Shown here: one piece after another, positions 13,301 through 25,539 of the stretch
Numbering within the stretch: the first letter of the stretch is position 1
How the letters are laid out: every line of letters begins with the position of its first letter
Assembly (NCBI GenBank): GCA_043228905.1
Contig: JBHGNT010000011.1
Location: 15,748,001-15,812,000 of the forward strand
DNA from: Azolla caroliniana
Taxonomy: Eukaryota > Plantae > Polypodiophyta
Reading direction: 5' to 3'
Length of the DNA stretch: 64,000 nucleotides
Position numbers and translations under genes: made by a program
The notes under the pieces: generated by a model
The model's database searches: none
Seen by the model: only the letters and a program-made list of their open reading frames with translations
Told to the model about the DNA's origin: nothing

Positions 13301-14706
13301 TAATCTATATTGACAAAAGATCGTTTTCGATATCTCTATAACATATGATTTGTCAATTACGGTATTAACCTACAAAGGTTGTTATTTCTCAACTTGATGC
13401 AATGTTGGCAACATTGACTTTCACCTTTAAATCATTTCATGACAAGTTGCATTGGGTTAAAGCAACAATTCCAAAGGATTGTATGAAAACAATTCAAAAA
13501 ACTAGGAAAGATTTTACGCAAGGTCACTCATTCTCCCTAACATGGATATGTGATAAGCCAACCTGGCCTCAATGAGTTAGCATGCATACAAGCAATCCCC
13601 TTTACATGATATATTCTAAACCGTCAAATATAAATAAAAATAAGGCGAAATGTTTGTAAGCAACGCCTTTTGTAACCAAGGCCAACAAGGCCAAATGCAT
13701 AAAATCTCCCATATTTCGAAATAGATGTTTTGGAAATACGTATGGTTAAATATACGTTTTGAACGAGATAAGTTATTGAGATATTATTATTCATTCTAAT
13801 GAGATGCCCCCTAATGAGCATTTCGTTGTAATAACTTTGTTCACTCTAATGAAATTACTACAATTTTGCGACTAATAATTGAAAATCTGCTTTTCTTTGA
13901 ATATAAAACCTTCACTTGGTGTAAAAATACAAGTTGGGACAATATTAAAATCTAAAGGTTGACAAATTATTTTTCCCTGAGAAAACATTGTTTCCCATTA
14001 GTTAGGTGAATCACATATACAAATCAAGCTATGTACATTCTAAGTATCTATAGATACTCTAATATCTATATGTATTTGGCTATCGTTGTGTGACACCTTA
14101 TATAAAAAAAGGTGGGGCAATCGTTGTCCACATAACATCAAACGCTTGCCTAACAAAACCTGTTATTTTTCAACAATCATCAAGACACAACTAGCAAGCG
14201 TCCAAACACAACTAGGAAAGCAATAATACGGGTGATTTGCTAGCCATGGAAAATAATCCATCTAGTAAATTAATAATAATCACGTCCTCAAATATCTAAC
14301 CTCGATAATAAGTTTGGGATTTTATAAAGTATCTAATCAGAGTAATAGAGAAAGAAAATTAGACATGTGAAGTATCAAATGGGAGGAATGTAATGATGGG
14401 AGGAGCAAAGCAGTAGGCAAGTGTAAACAATTTTTTAGTTTGAAGTATGTCAATCGTTAGAATTAAAGCACATATAAGCAAAAACATTTCAAAAAGTGAA
14501 GTCTTGACAACCAACCACAAAAGTAAAAAATTATCTTCTCTCGTGTAAAGGCGCAAGGACAATGTTAACGTGCAAAAACATTATCTGTAATCATTGTCTA
14601 TACATAATATATGGGTTTTAGATCTCCCACAAATTCCCAACTTTACCTTTTTGACAAATTATAAAATGCATACTTACGAACACAATGTATAGATGTAATA
14701 CTAGGT

Positions 14707-15182
14707 TGGTTTCATACTCGAGCAATCAATTTAATTTTGTGATTACTTCCTCATAGTTTAAGATCATGTGCATTGATACTTTGCTCGTGAGTAAGTTGAA
14801 TGGTTTCATACTCGAGTAACCAGTTTAATTTTGTGATTACTTCCTCATAGTTTAAGATCATGTGCATTGATACTTTGCTCGTGAGTAAGTTGAATGGTTT
14901 CATACTCGAGTAACCAGTTTAATTTTGTGATTACTTCCTCATAGTTTAAGATCATGTGCATTGATACTTTGCTCGTGAGTAAGTTGAATGGTTTCATACT
15001 CGAGTAACCAGTTTAATTTTGTGATTACTTCCTCATAGTTTAAGATCATGTGCATTGATACTTTGCTCGTGAGTAAGTTGAATGGTTTCATACTCGAGTA
15101 ACCAGTTTAATTTTGTGATTACTTCCTCATAGTTTAAGATCATGTACATTGATACTTTGCTTGGGACTAAGTTGAATGGTTT
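14707..15182. repeat. Minisatellite, five copies of a 94-bp unit
   Basis: catactcgag recurs at 14713, 14807, 14901, 14995 and 15089; inner copies look identical. Confidence 0.95.
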
Positions 15183-15924
15183 ACAACATTGATGTAATGC
15201 TTTTTCCATAATGTTACTCTCTAAGAGAGGCAATATATTAACAATAATATCATCAATCCACAACTTAGGAAGCCATTGGTGATCATACAAATATCATTCA
15301 TGTATGGTCGTCATCCATCTTGCCCAATTATCCTAAAGTGGCATTTACATCTAGAATAGTCAACCACTATCCTACATGGATAGGCTTAACGTGCGGTTTT
15401 TTACACTATATAAAGGAACCCTTCATGCAATGGTTAAAATCTTGATTCAAGGCCAATTGTGAGATTTTCCTTTATGAGTTATTCCTCATTTTGCCATGCC
15501 CTTCATGGTATTGCATATACCATTAGTTTAATTCTAGATTCTTTCCAAAGTATTTCTTGTTTCTCTTATTCATGTTAAGTTACTTTCTTATAGTTTCTTG
15601 AGAGGTTGAAATAGAATGCTCTTATTGGATTTGGATCCCTTTTGTTGGATTTGGATCTACCTTAAGAGTGAAGTTTTCTTTTTTTCTTCAATGTGGAAAA
15701 CAATGTGTCAAGTAAGGAGACTATAATACTAGTAATGTAGAAAGAAAATCTTTGTCCCATAAAAACTTATCAGCATAAAATCTATCTAACCTAGATAAAT
15801 TGGTATGTGCTTCTCTTCTATTTGACCTTGAGTAAGCTAACGAATCTTGTATCCTTAGAAAAGAAGGCACATGCCACAAGTCCATTAAGCCCAAAGCAAA
15901 AATCAAATGTTCCCATTCATACCT

Positions 15925-18900
15925 TCATTGGAATCATACCTTCATTTTCCTTTTCTGATCATGCACCACTTCGTTTAGTTATAGTATTGCAGGAACATTA
16001 CAAAATCTCTAGGTTTAGAATTCCAAATCATGTGTTTCTTAGTCAAGAGTGTGCTCCTACTGTACATAATATTTGGAATAAATATGACTATTCTTATGAT
16101 TATGCACTATCTAGTGTTCAGAAGGCTCTTGGTGAAATACAACAATTTTTCCATTTTAAGTCTAAACAAATATTCTATGCGTCTTTTACTAAAATAGGAA
16201 GACTTCGTAGGGGATTGAGATCCTTGCAACATCTGCAAGAAAAAAGACCATATTCAAGTTATATAAGTTCTCGAGTGGCACAACTAGGGAATCAGCTATT
16301 GGAATTAAAAAAGATTTCCGCTGATTTTAATTATCATAATATATCATCTACATGGGCAGAATCGGGAGATAAAGTCAATAAAATGTTCTTTGCAGTGCAT
16401 AATCATCATAAGTCGACTGTTAGGATTTCTCGGTTAAAATGTCCCGATGGTTCTTATACCACTGATCCTAATCAGATGCGTCAAATAGCCTCTGATTATT
16501 ATGAAGCTTTATTGAAAGCTAGATCCTTTTCTGGGGATGATTTAGTTAAAAGGGACATCATATGGTCAAGGGTTCATAAGAGAGTGTCGGTACAACTTTC
16601 AGAATGTCTTCTACAACCTTTAAGTTCTCAAGAGATTCTTAAAGCAATAAAAGCCCTTGCAAAGGATGTTTGTCCTGAATTGGATGGGATGGGAGTCCAA
16701 TGGTATATACTATATTGGGATTTGATAGGTGATGGCCTTACCAAAGCTTATCAACAGATCTTAAACTTAGGAAATATGCCACAAGAATGGAATGAGGGGT
16801 TAATCTATATGATTCCTAAAACAAATGGACAATTAGAAGAACTTCGTCATTGGAGACCAATTACTTTGTTGAATGTTATTTACAAGATATTAGCAAAAAT
16901 GATAGCTAGAAGGTTACCACCTTATCTTCCAGAGCTAATTCATCATTCCCAAACCGGTTTTATGAAAGAGCAAAGTATTTTTGACAATATTATTCTTTTT
17001 TGGGAAATGGTGGCATTTGCTGAATTACATAAGCAAGATCTAGCAGTGTTATTTCTTGATTTTGAAAAAGCTTTTGATAGAGTGGATTGGGATTTTATGG
17101 AGGGAACATTGCTTAGGATGGGTTTTCCCAACACATGGATACGAGGAGTGTCAACATTATATCGTCATGCACATAGTTCTCTTTTATTTGCAGGGGATAT
17201 TGGTAGGCGGTTTTCTATTTCAAGATTTGTGCAACAGGGATGCCCACTTGCTCCCTTTCTGTTTTTATTAGTATCTGAAGTGTTTTCAGTACATCTGAAT
17301 TCTCAAGATGTAAATATTAAAGGTTTAGCACTATTTGTGGAAAACACTGGCGTGGATAGTGAGTTTGTTGATGATACAACTCTATATGTTGCAGCCTCAC
17401 AAGTTAATTTGTTACAGGTGCAAAAAGCTGTGGATGATTTCTCACATGCATCTGGAGCATTGATAAATTGGGATAAATCATCAAGTTTTTGGATCGCTTC
17501 GAGTGATCCGCCAGTTAATATACCTACCTTAGGTTTTACATGGATACCTCATGGTCAATCCATTAGATATTTGGGTTGTAGAGTGGGTTTGGGTTTAAAT
17601 GCAGAGTATATGATTGCACCCTTACTGTTAACATTAAGGAACAAGTTAATATATTGGAACAAGGAGAAGTTATCCTTAGCAGGACATGTTGTTGTAGCTA
17701 ACTCAGTGCTTTTGTCTTCGATTTGGTATATAGCATCTACCTGGCTGTTTTCTAGGTCAATAATGCTTAAAGTTCAAAGCCTAGTACGTAATTTCATTTG
17801 GGGGAACACTATTGCAGACAATTCTGTAGCAAAGGTAGCTTGGTCAATTCTTATACAATCTAAACAGAAAGAAGGTCTAGGTTTGATTGATCCTTTTATG
17901 CAAAGTAAAGTCTTAATTGCTAAACATGTTGTTAGGAGTTTATTGCCAGGAGATGAGTTATGGAAAAAGCTATGGATTCATCACTTACATAAGGTCAAAC
18001 CCTCAATAGGAGGGCAATGGCATGATAGTCTTAGGTGGTTTTTTAATTCAGATTTTCCATTACCTAAGTCCAATGTTGGTTCATTACGTTTCTTTAGTGG
18101 AATTTTTCGGGCATGGGAAACTCTTCGGCAATCACTTGTTTTCTTGCCACCGAAAAATTATCATCAATTCATGCGTCAACCTTTAATATGGAATCCTTTA
18201 TTTACTGATGAATCTGTATGTGTTTTGGGTCTACGATTGAGGTTATCTTGGGCGACAATGGATAGTGGGCCAGCCCGTACAATTGCGGATTGGATAAAAA
18301 TTTTACAAACTTCAACACACGACCAAAAGATTATGTTGTCTAATTTAAGAGGGGCAAGGATAATGTTCTCTCAATTGTCTATGGTGTATCAGGTCACACT
18401 ACCAACTTTGCAGTTTGATCATTTTCAAAGTTGGTAAGGTATGTTTTCGACATTTAATGTACTTATAGGAGCTCGTTTATATCATCGTAATGGCAATTTT
18501 TATTATTATGAAGTTTTGGACAATGGTAGATTGTTATTAGTGGCGGACGAGTCTCCAATTATGTCCAATGCAAAGCATTTGCCAGTTAGAGTAATTGCTA
18601 GATTAGATAAAAAAAAAAATGATCGATCCTAGTCCGTTAATTGCTAACTATGCATCACAATTTTGGGGTTTACACTCTAGGCCACTTGTCGACCTGCAGT
18701 GGGACTCGTCAGATTATGGTTGGAAATTGTCCATGTCTGACACAATGAATAAGATCCTTCCATTCTTCTCATATTCGCTGGCGTTGGGTAGAAACTTTAT
18801 GTTGAATCAGACCGACTCGGTCCCAACGACAAACAAGTATTGGGAGGAAGGTAATGTCTCATCGGCTCGTATGCGGATGTTTTGGAAACGGTTTTGGGTA

Positions 18901-19587
18901 ACTAAATGTATGAATAAGACATTGCATTTTCGTTGGTTGATGATTCATTATGCATTGCCAGTAGGTGAACTATTGAGGGGTTCAGTGCGTGATCGGTCAT
19001 GTGTTATGTGTGGGTTTGCATCTAAGTCATTGCATCATGTATTTTGGGAATGTTTGTTCGCTAAAAGGTTTTGGTTTCGAATTCTTAGGCTTTTAGGTCA
19101 TAAATATACCTCGGCTTTCTTCACGTGGGGTGCAATCTTTTGGGGAATGTTGGATCAACAATCGGCCTTTTATCATTATCAGCATTCTTCTTTGTCTTTA
19201 CATGTGAGAAGTTTTCAAGTATATGCTAGTTCAAGTTCCTTGCAGGGAATCAAGTTCTTCTCGCGGAGTTATATTTGGCAAATTGTTTCCTCTTTGGGTT
19301 TATGGGTTCTTTGGAAAGCTAGGTGTTCCAAGCTATACAAGGATGAAAATACTCATGTTGTAGAACAACTTAAGTCTTTCTGGGACCTACTGGTACATAC
19401 GGTTAAAGGTGATTATGACAATTGTAAGGGATCAGGAGACACAACTAGTCGAAAAAGAAGGAGAATTAGAAGAATTTGGTCATCTATTCCTATCATGTTG
19501 GATGTCGAGGCTAATGTCAAGTGGAATTACGTACCACCTCATTGGTTGTTCCCGCCACCAACACCGTCCTTAGAGAACACAACATAA
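15925..19587 (+). pseudogene. LINE ORF2 (endonuclease end, RT, zf-RVT), disrupted
   Basis: SDHAP; WRPITLLN; LDFEKAFDRVDW; QGCPLAP; FVDD; CVMCG...HHVFWEC. Stop at 18435 and a frameshift in the A-run near 18610. Confidence 0.9.
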
Positions 19588-19845
19588 ATCAACATGGAAG
19601 AGGTGATTTTGGCACATAGCAAGAGTCTTTTCATAAAAGAAGCTTTTGGCGGTAATCTCCGATATGATTGGTGCGGATAGTAGAGCAAATGCTTTACCTT
19701 AGATAGGGATGATTGATAATGATGCTTTACCTTAGAGAGGGATGATTGATAATGATTTTCATAAGGACACGACAATGTGCGTTCATGTTTGTTTCTGTAG
19801 GTTTAAGTTATTGGGGATACTCGATGACAATCAGCTGATTGATGC

Positions 19846-20608
19846 AGATTTCCGTGGACATTGGCAAGATGCTAATTGGCGAGATGGCTGATGGGGACTG
19901 AATGGAGAAATTTTTTTGTGATAAGGATGAGTGAAGATGGTGGGGGGGTCGAAGCCGACTAACATGACTGGATGAGGAAACTTTTACACTAATTTCCATT
20001 TTTAATACAGGTTTTTCGTGGACATTGGCAATATGCTAATCGGCAAGATGGCTGATGTGGACTGATTGAAGAATTTTTTGTGATAAGCATGAGGGAAGAT
20101 GGTGGGGGGGTCGAAGCTGACAATCAAGAGTGGGTGAGGAAACTTTTAGACTAATCTTTTGTTGTTAATACAGGATTTTCGTGGACATTGGCAACACGCT
20201 AATCACCGAGATGGCTGATGTGGACTGAACGAAGAAATTTTTTCTGTGATAAGGATGAGTGAAGATGGTGGGGAGGTCGAAGCCGACTATCATGAGTGGG
20301 TGAGGAAGCTTTTACACTAATTTTTTGTTGTTAATACAGGATTTGTAGGGACATTGGCGAGGCAAGATGCTAATAAGTGAGATGGCTGATGTGGACTGAA
20401 TGAAAAAAAAATTCTGTGATAAGGATGAGTGAAGATGGTGGGGGGGTCGAAGCCGACTATCAGGAGTGGGTGAGGAAACTTTTGGACTAATTATTGGTTG
20501 TTAACACAGGATTTTCGTGGACATTGGCATTAGCAAGATGTTAATCGGCGAGATGACTGATGTGGACTGAATGAAGAAATTCTTCTATGATAAGGATGAG
20601 TGAAGATG
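19846..20608 (+). repeat. Tandem array, ~4.6 copies of a ~165-bp unit, inside the LINE 3' region
   Basis: ggacattggc at 19856, 20020, 20183, 20349 and 20519. Confidence 0.9.
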
Positions 20609-21823
20609 AATGTTGATGTGAAGGAGATTCAATACAAATATATTTTCAATGATCGTGGAGATGAAGGACATGGTCGTTTCGTCATGGGAGAGGATAGATG
20701 GGGGCTGTCCAAGGCAGCCAATCATGACATGTGCATTATGGACTGTTTGGTGTCTTCAACCACAACATATGAAGAAGGCTTTGATATACAAACATTTGCC
20801 AAAAAGCAATATCTTGTGGACAAATAGGGTATATATGTTAAGCAGGACTACCAACAAACTGGATGGACAACTAGGTCTGAGTTCCAAAATACAATAACTC
20901 TGGCGGAAAAGAATGTTACCAATTCGTTTTTTGGAGCATATGTGTCTTCGAAGGCTGCAATTCAACTTCAACTTCACTCAATATTGCTAAGGTTTGGGGA
21001 TTTCAACATTCCCATCAATGATGGCTTTGCACTGCTGAGCTAAGAGACATCGATGAAGAAGATAATCCAGTCAAACATGTTTCGTGGGCTCTTAACATTG
21101 GGAGGTACTGGAATATCCATTTGAACTCTTAAGTTCTCAGCTACAAATCAAGAATGAGTTTTAACACAATGAGTTGCTCGTTAACAAGTTCAAATGAAGA
21201 GCAAACTGCATCAAAAATTGAAGGAATGATGAGTAAATACATGGTTCACTACATTATTTTATGGTCCTTATCAAAGGCTGTTATTAAGTGGACTTGGAAA
21301 CACCTCGAGGGAGTGTCTACTTAACAAGATGCGGCTTCATGGAATGTTGTAAAGATCCTTGAAAACAGACTCTTCAGTGGTCTTATGATTTCAGTGGCAA
21401 CAATTCATCGACACCAACCATTGGAATTCATTGACAAAAAAGGTGGCTGGATTGTTGAGACTACATGACTGTTCAAGAAGTTTTTACTTAACTATGTTGC
21501 AATATTGATTGTAATAGTGAACTGTTTTGTATATTGACTTCTTTAATACCAATGGAGGATATGTTTTTGGAAAAAAAAAAATGTAGAAAGAAAATCTATA
21601 ACTCAATTACTGCCAACAATTCACGCTTGACAACAGTGATATTCAAAAGAAGACATATTGGTTTTTCACATTCCACATGCTTGAGGATAAGATTGCCGAA
21701 GAAATTTGATGACGTGTTATCCAAGCTTCAATCACATAAATAATCATCTTCCAAACCATAAGGTTGGGTTCAGGTTGTTGATGACATCTAGAGATTAATG
21801 AGGATTGAGCATATAGGTATATC

Positions 21824-22053
21824 ATACACTGCAAAAGCACACAATTACAACCTATAGTTATGTGGATACATACTAGAAGGGTTCACCATATACACCATTG
21901 CTTAAATATGACTTAACTCACATTTTCTTCTATATGAAGATACACTGCAAAAGCACACAATTACAACCTATAGTTATGTGGATACATACTGGGAGGGTTC
22001 ACCATATACACCATTGCTTAAATATGACTTAACTCACATTTTCTTTTATATGA
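21824..22053. repeat. Tandem duplication, 2 x 116 bp
   Basis: tacactgcaaaagcacacaattac at 21825 and 21941, near-identical. Confidence 0.9.
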
Positions 22054-22191
22054 CGAGCAACTATGGGTACCAACTATGAGACTTACTGTGTCAAACTCTA
22101 TGTGCTAGCACCAAGCACGTATATTCATCTCACCAAAGTCATGCCCCCTTAAGGAGATCGTTTATCAAGGATTGTACACCTATCATAGACA

Positions 22192-22270
22192 GGATGCCAC
22201 ATGGAATGGTGGGGGTTAAACCTATGACCTTCTGGTCTTATTGGGCAACCTTACCAATTGAGCTACATCC
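22192..22270 (-). mobile_element. tRNA-derived SINE-like fragment
   Basis: Minus strand has A-box-like tagctcaattgg and B-box-like ggtttaaccc, then ttccatgtggcatc; similar to 59522-59595. Confidence 0.6.
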
Positions 22271-22290
22271 ATCTATGCATTATTGTATTG

Positions 22291-22658
22291 TGTAAGATCA
22301 ACTTATTTCATTATAGATTGATCACTAGAACTTTCAAGAACCTTCTAGAGAATGCATCTTCATGCACTCTCTAGAAGTTTCCATGCACTCTCTAGAAGTC
22401 TTCTAGCTTTCATGCATACCTCCACATTCTTGTATAAATATTGGGGTGCACCTTGATTACAATCAAGGTGAACAACACCAGTTACGAAAGCATATACAAT
22501 TCTTGTTTATTTGTCTATCCTCTCTCTTGCTTGTTCTCTTGTCTATGCTCTCTCTCCCGCTATCTCTTAATATTGAGCCTCGTCAACTTGTCCTTGACAA
22601 TCTTGTTTATGCTCTCGCTCTCTCTTAGTACTTAGCCTCATTCCACCCGTTCGTGACA
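22291..22658 (+). mobile_element. Probable solo LTR
   Basis: tgtaagat...ttcgtgaca, TATA tataaata near 22433, CT-rich U5 resembling the LTR end at 35760; no TSD match. Confidence 0.5.
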
Positions 22659-23129
22659 ATACCCTATTGATGGTCATGAGTCAGCTAGAGTGGTTATCTC
22701 TTGAACCACCAACATTGCAAACCTAAGGCTTGCCTAAGTCTAACTCACCTTTCTCTAAGGATATGCACACTAAGACACTTTCTGATCCTTGATAATATTT
22801 AAGTGTTAGACATGAAAAACAAGTAAAAAGAATACAGTTGATTAAGCCAACCACACTTTCATTAATTTGGATTACCCCAACATACATCCAAGGGCAGAGA
22901 TTAGAGTTTGGATCGAGAGCACTTAACATTTGATCTCTCAAGAGTATGAGAGAGACAGGGAAAGGGGGCAAGAAGTCTTGAAGATCAAGGAGTCCAACTA
23001 AAAATTTCTTTACACAATGCATCATGGAGTCATGACCTTCATAGTTATTTATACAATGCATTCTATTTTTTCACATTGTGATTACCCTATGGCTCTAGCT
23101 CTACAACTATTTGATGTACTCTCCTTTAT

Positions 23130-24270
23130 TTTCCCTTTTGTTATTATGTATAGAAGGTACTTAACACTCATCAAGTATGTTTGTTTTGCATGCGAACAAA
23201 CTCATGGAAGAAAATCAAGTTCAAGGGGAAATGCATATTGATGTTTTCTGGACTTCAAGAAAGTCTTTGACATTGTACCAATTGAGTTTTTAAAAAGAAT
23301 GATGGAGATCAGAATGCTTTGAGAGTATAGAGCAATTATAGCATGATTATATGATAAAGTTAGATGTCAAATGAAAATGTCCATAGTGTATTCTCGAAGT
23401 ACTTCGTGAGCAACGTTGGGGTGAACCAAGAGTGTCCACTCTCTCCTCCAACACCCCATGGTTTATGCATCAATAAACTAGAAGAAATAGTGAACATGGT
23501 TGCAAAATGAGGATTAGATAGCCTAGAACTCATGAGAGAGCTTATTTTTATACTCCCTATGTCAATGATCTAGTATTATTCTCATATATTTGTATTATAT
23601 GCAACACTAACTAGGTGTATTGGAAACATTATGTAAAATCAATGTGCTAACAGTTAACGTGAACAAAACAAAAATGGCAACTATAAAGGTAATAAATACA
23701 ACCAAGACACTAGCCTACTTTTAGAAGCTTCAAATATCTTTGTATTAATGTCTCGTCAAAAAATAGGTGGAATGTATGCCATGAATCTAAACTTTGACAA
23801 AATGGTTCGATTGATTATTATATGTTTGAGAATCAATGCAACTAAGGTGATACTCAAGGATGGTATCCAAACGAGAATCAATACAAGTAGAGCAAAACTT
23901 CAAGTATTCTAGTTTTAATATCCCATTGAAAAATAGGTGGAATGTATGCGACAAGTGTAAACTCAAGTTTATTAGAATAATGATTATATGTTCATTGTTT
24001 TAGAATCAATGCAACCAAAGTGATACTCGAGGAGGGGAAGTGGATTGGTGTTATTCAATGAACTATGGTGGTCCAAGTGTTTGTTTACATAGTGGAAGTA
24101 TGGAGTAGCACTATCTCACTTAGTATAGGGAACAACATAAAATAATCAAAAAAAAATTCTTACATAGACAAATGGGGGTTAGATCCTAACATCTTATTGG
24201 GCCATGCTATTAGAAAAAAATGCTCAACCCGTAGAAGTACTAGGCATGGAAAGGCATATACAAGTATATA
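23130..24270 (+). pseudogene. Highly degenerate RTE-type LINE RT remnant
   Basis: Fragments CFLDFKKVFDIVP, GVNQECPLSP, YVNDLV and LTVNVNKTKM in RT motif order, with many stops. Confidence 0.65.
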
Positions 24271-25539
24271 TATGTAGTTGACAAGTACGAACATCGGGAG
24301 GAGGGGATGACGTTGGTGATAAAGGCACGAGAGATTTTGTTTTCCACCATATTAATGCCAAAGCTCAAGTTGTCTTGAAACTGGTCGGCCCAATAATTCT
24401 TTGGATTCTCTGAAAACGGTGTAGATGGGTCTTTTACAATTAAACCGTGCATCAAGCAATGTTACTGCAAGATATATGGAATGAAGTTGTAACCACTCTA
24501 AAGAGCCAATATGATGGCCTCACGGGCGGATCTGATGGAGTCAAAAGACAATGATTAGTCTCCATTCAACAATGGTTGTCCTCTCTAGGCTTTCTTGAGT
24601 CAGAGTCTTCCACATAAGATAGAACTATCGCATCTATTGGGATTGTATATAACATTCTCGAATTTTGTAAAATTGTATAACTAATGGAAGGAGTTTGTAT
24701 ACCTTTAGAAGAGGTGAGTTAGCTTTTATTACAAAGCCTTTGATATGTAGGAGGATTGGTAATCCTTTATGATGTTCACACTCAGTTTATGTTTCCCATG
24801 CGAAAGACCCCTAGTATTTGGGTACATGCCAAGTATTCGTTTAGGATCACATCTTTTTAATATCGGTAGTTATATTTCACTTTAGTTGGAAGATGTGATC
24901 TTATGTATGGGATAGTGTGAGCGAGCAAGGGGCAGTGAGCCACATTACCATAGGAAAGTTTGTTTATAGTTCAACAACCATCAATGGATGGTTGCAAGAC
25001 TTCTTATGGGCACGAGTTTCCCAAGTTATTCAGTTTTATGGTTCCTCATTATTGGCATAGGTCTCTTATTCTTAGGAGCTCATTTCATTTGGGCTTTCAA
25101 TTTAATGCCCCTACTCAACAATCATGGATACTAGCAAGAACTAATTGAATCTATTGTTTGGGCTCATAATAAATTGAACGAGAATGAAAAATCAAATACA
25201 AATAGATTTGCTTCCTTTCTCAAATAATCTTCCATGTAAACAAATTATTGGTTCAAGGAATTGTTCAAATCTATATCCAAAGGGTTAAGACAACTTTGTT
25301 GATAGAGAAGAGGATTGGAAATCCTTGTGTCACTAGTTCATATAAGATAGAACAATCCTATGCAATATCATGGAATACATAGAATACTCGTGTATAGACA
25401 TTAAAAAATATTATTACAATTTATGGAATGCTTGTAATCTACCAATTGGTTGAATTTTCTACTTCCTAAGACTTTAAGAAAGTTTTTTCTTTTGGTAAGA
25501 AAGAACTCTAAATAACCAAGTGAACACATGGTTGCAGTC

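Larger units (their letters stand above)
15752..21579 (+). mobile_element. L1-clade LINE, 5'-truncated with 5' inversion, poly(A) tail and 18-bp TSD
   Basis: TSD aatgtagaaagaaaatct at 15734-15751 and 21580-21597; A-run from 21571; endonuclease end, RT and zf-RVT coding in between. Confidence 0.92.

Noticed and set aside
15807-15924. N-terminus of the 876-aa ORF as real protein
   Set aside because: It is the antisense reading of the inverted endonuclease segment.
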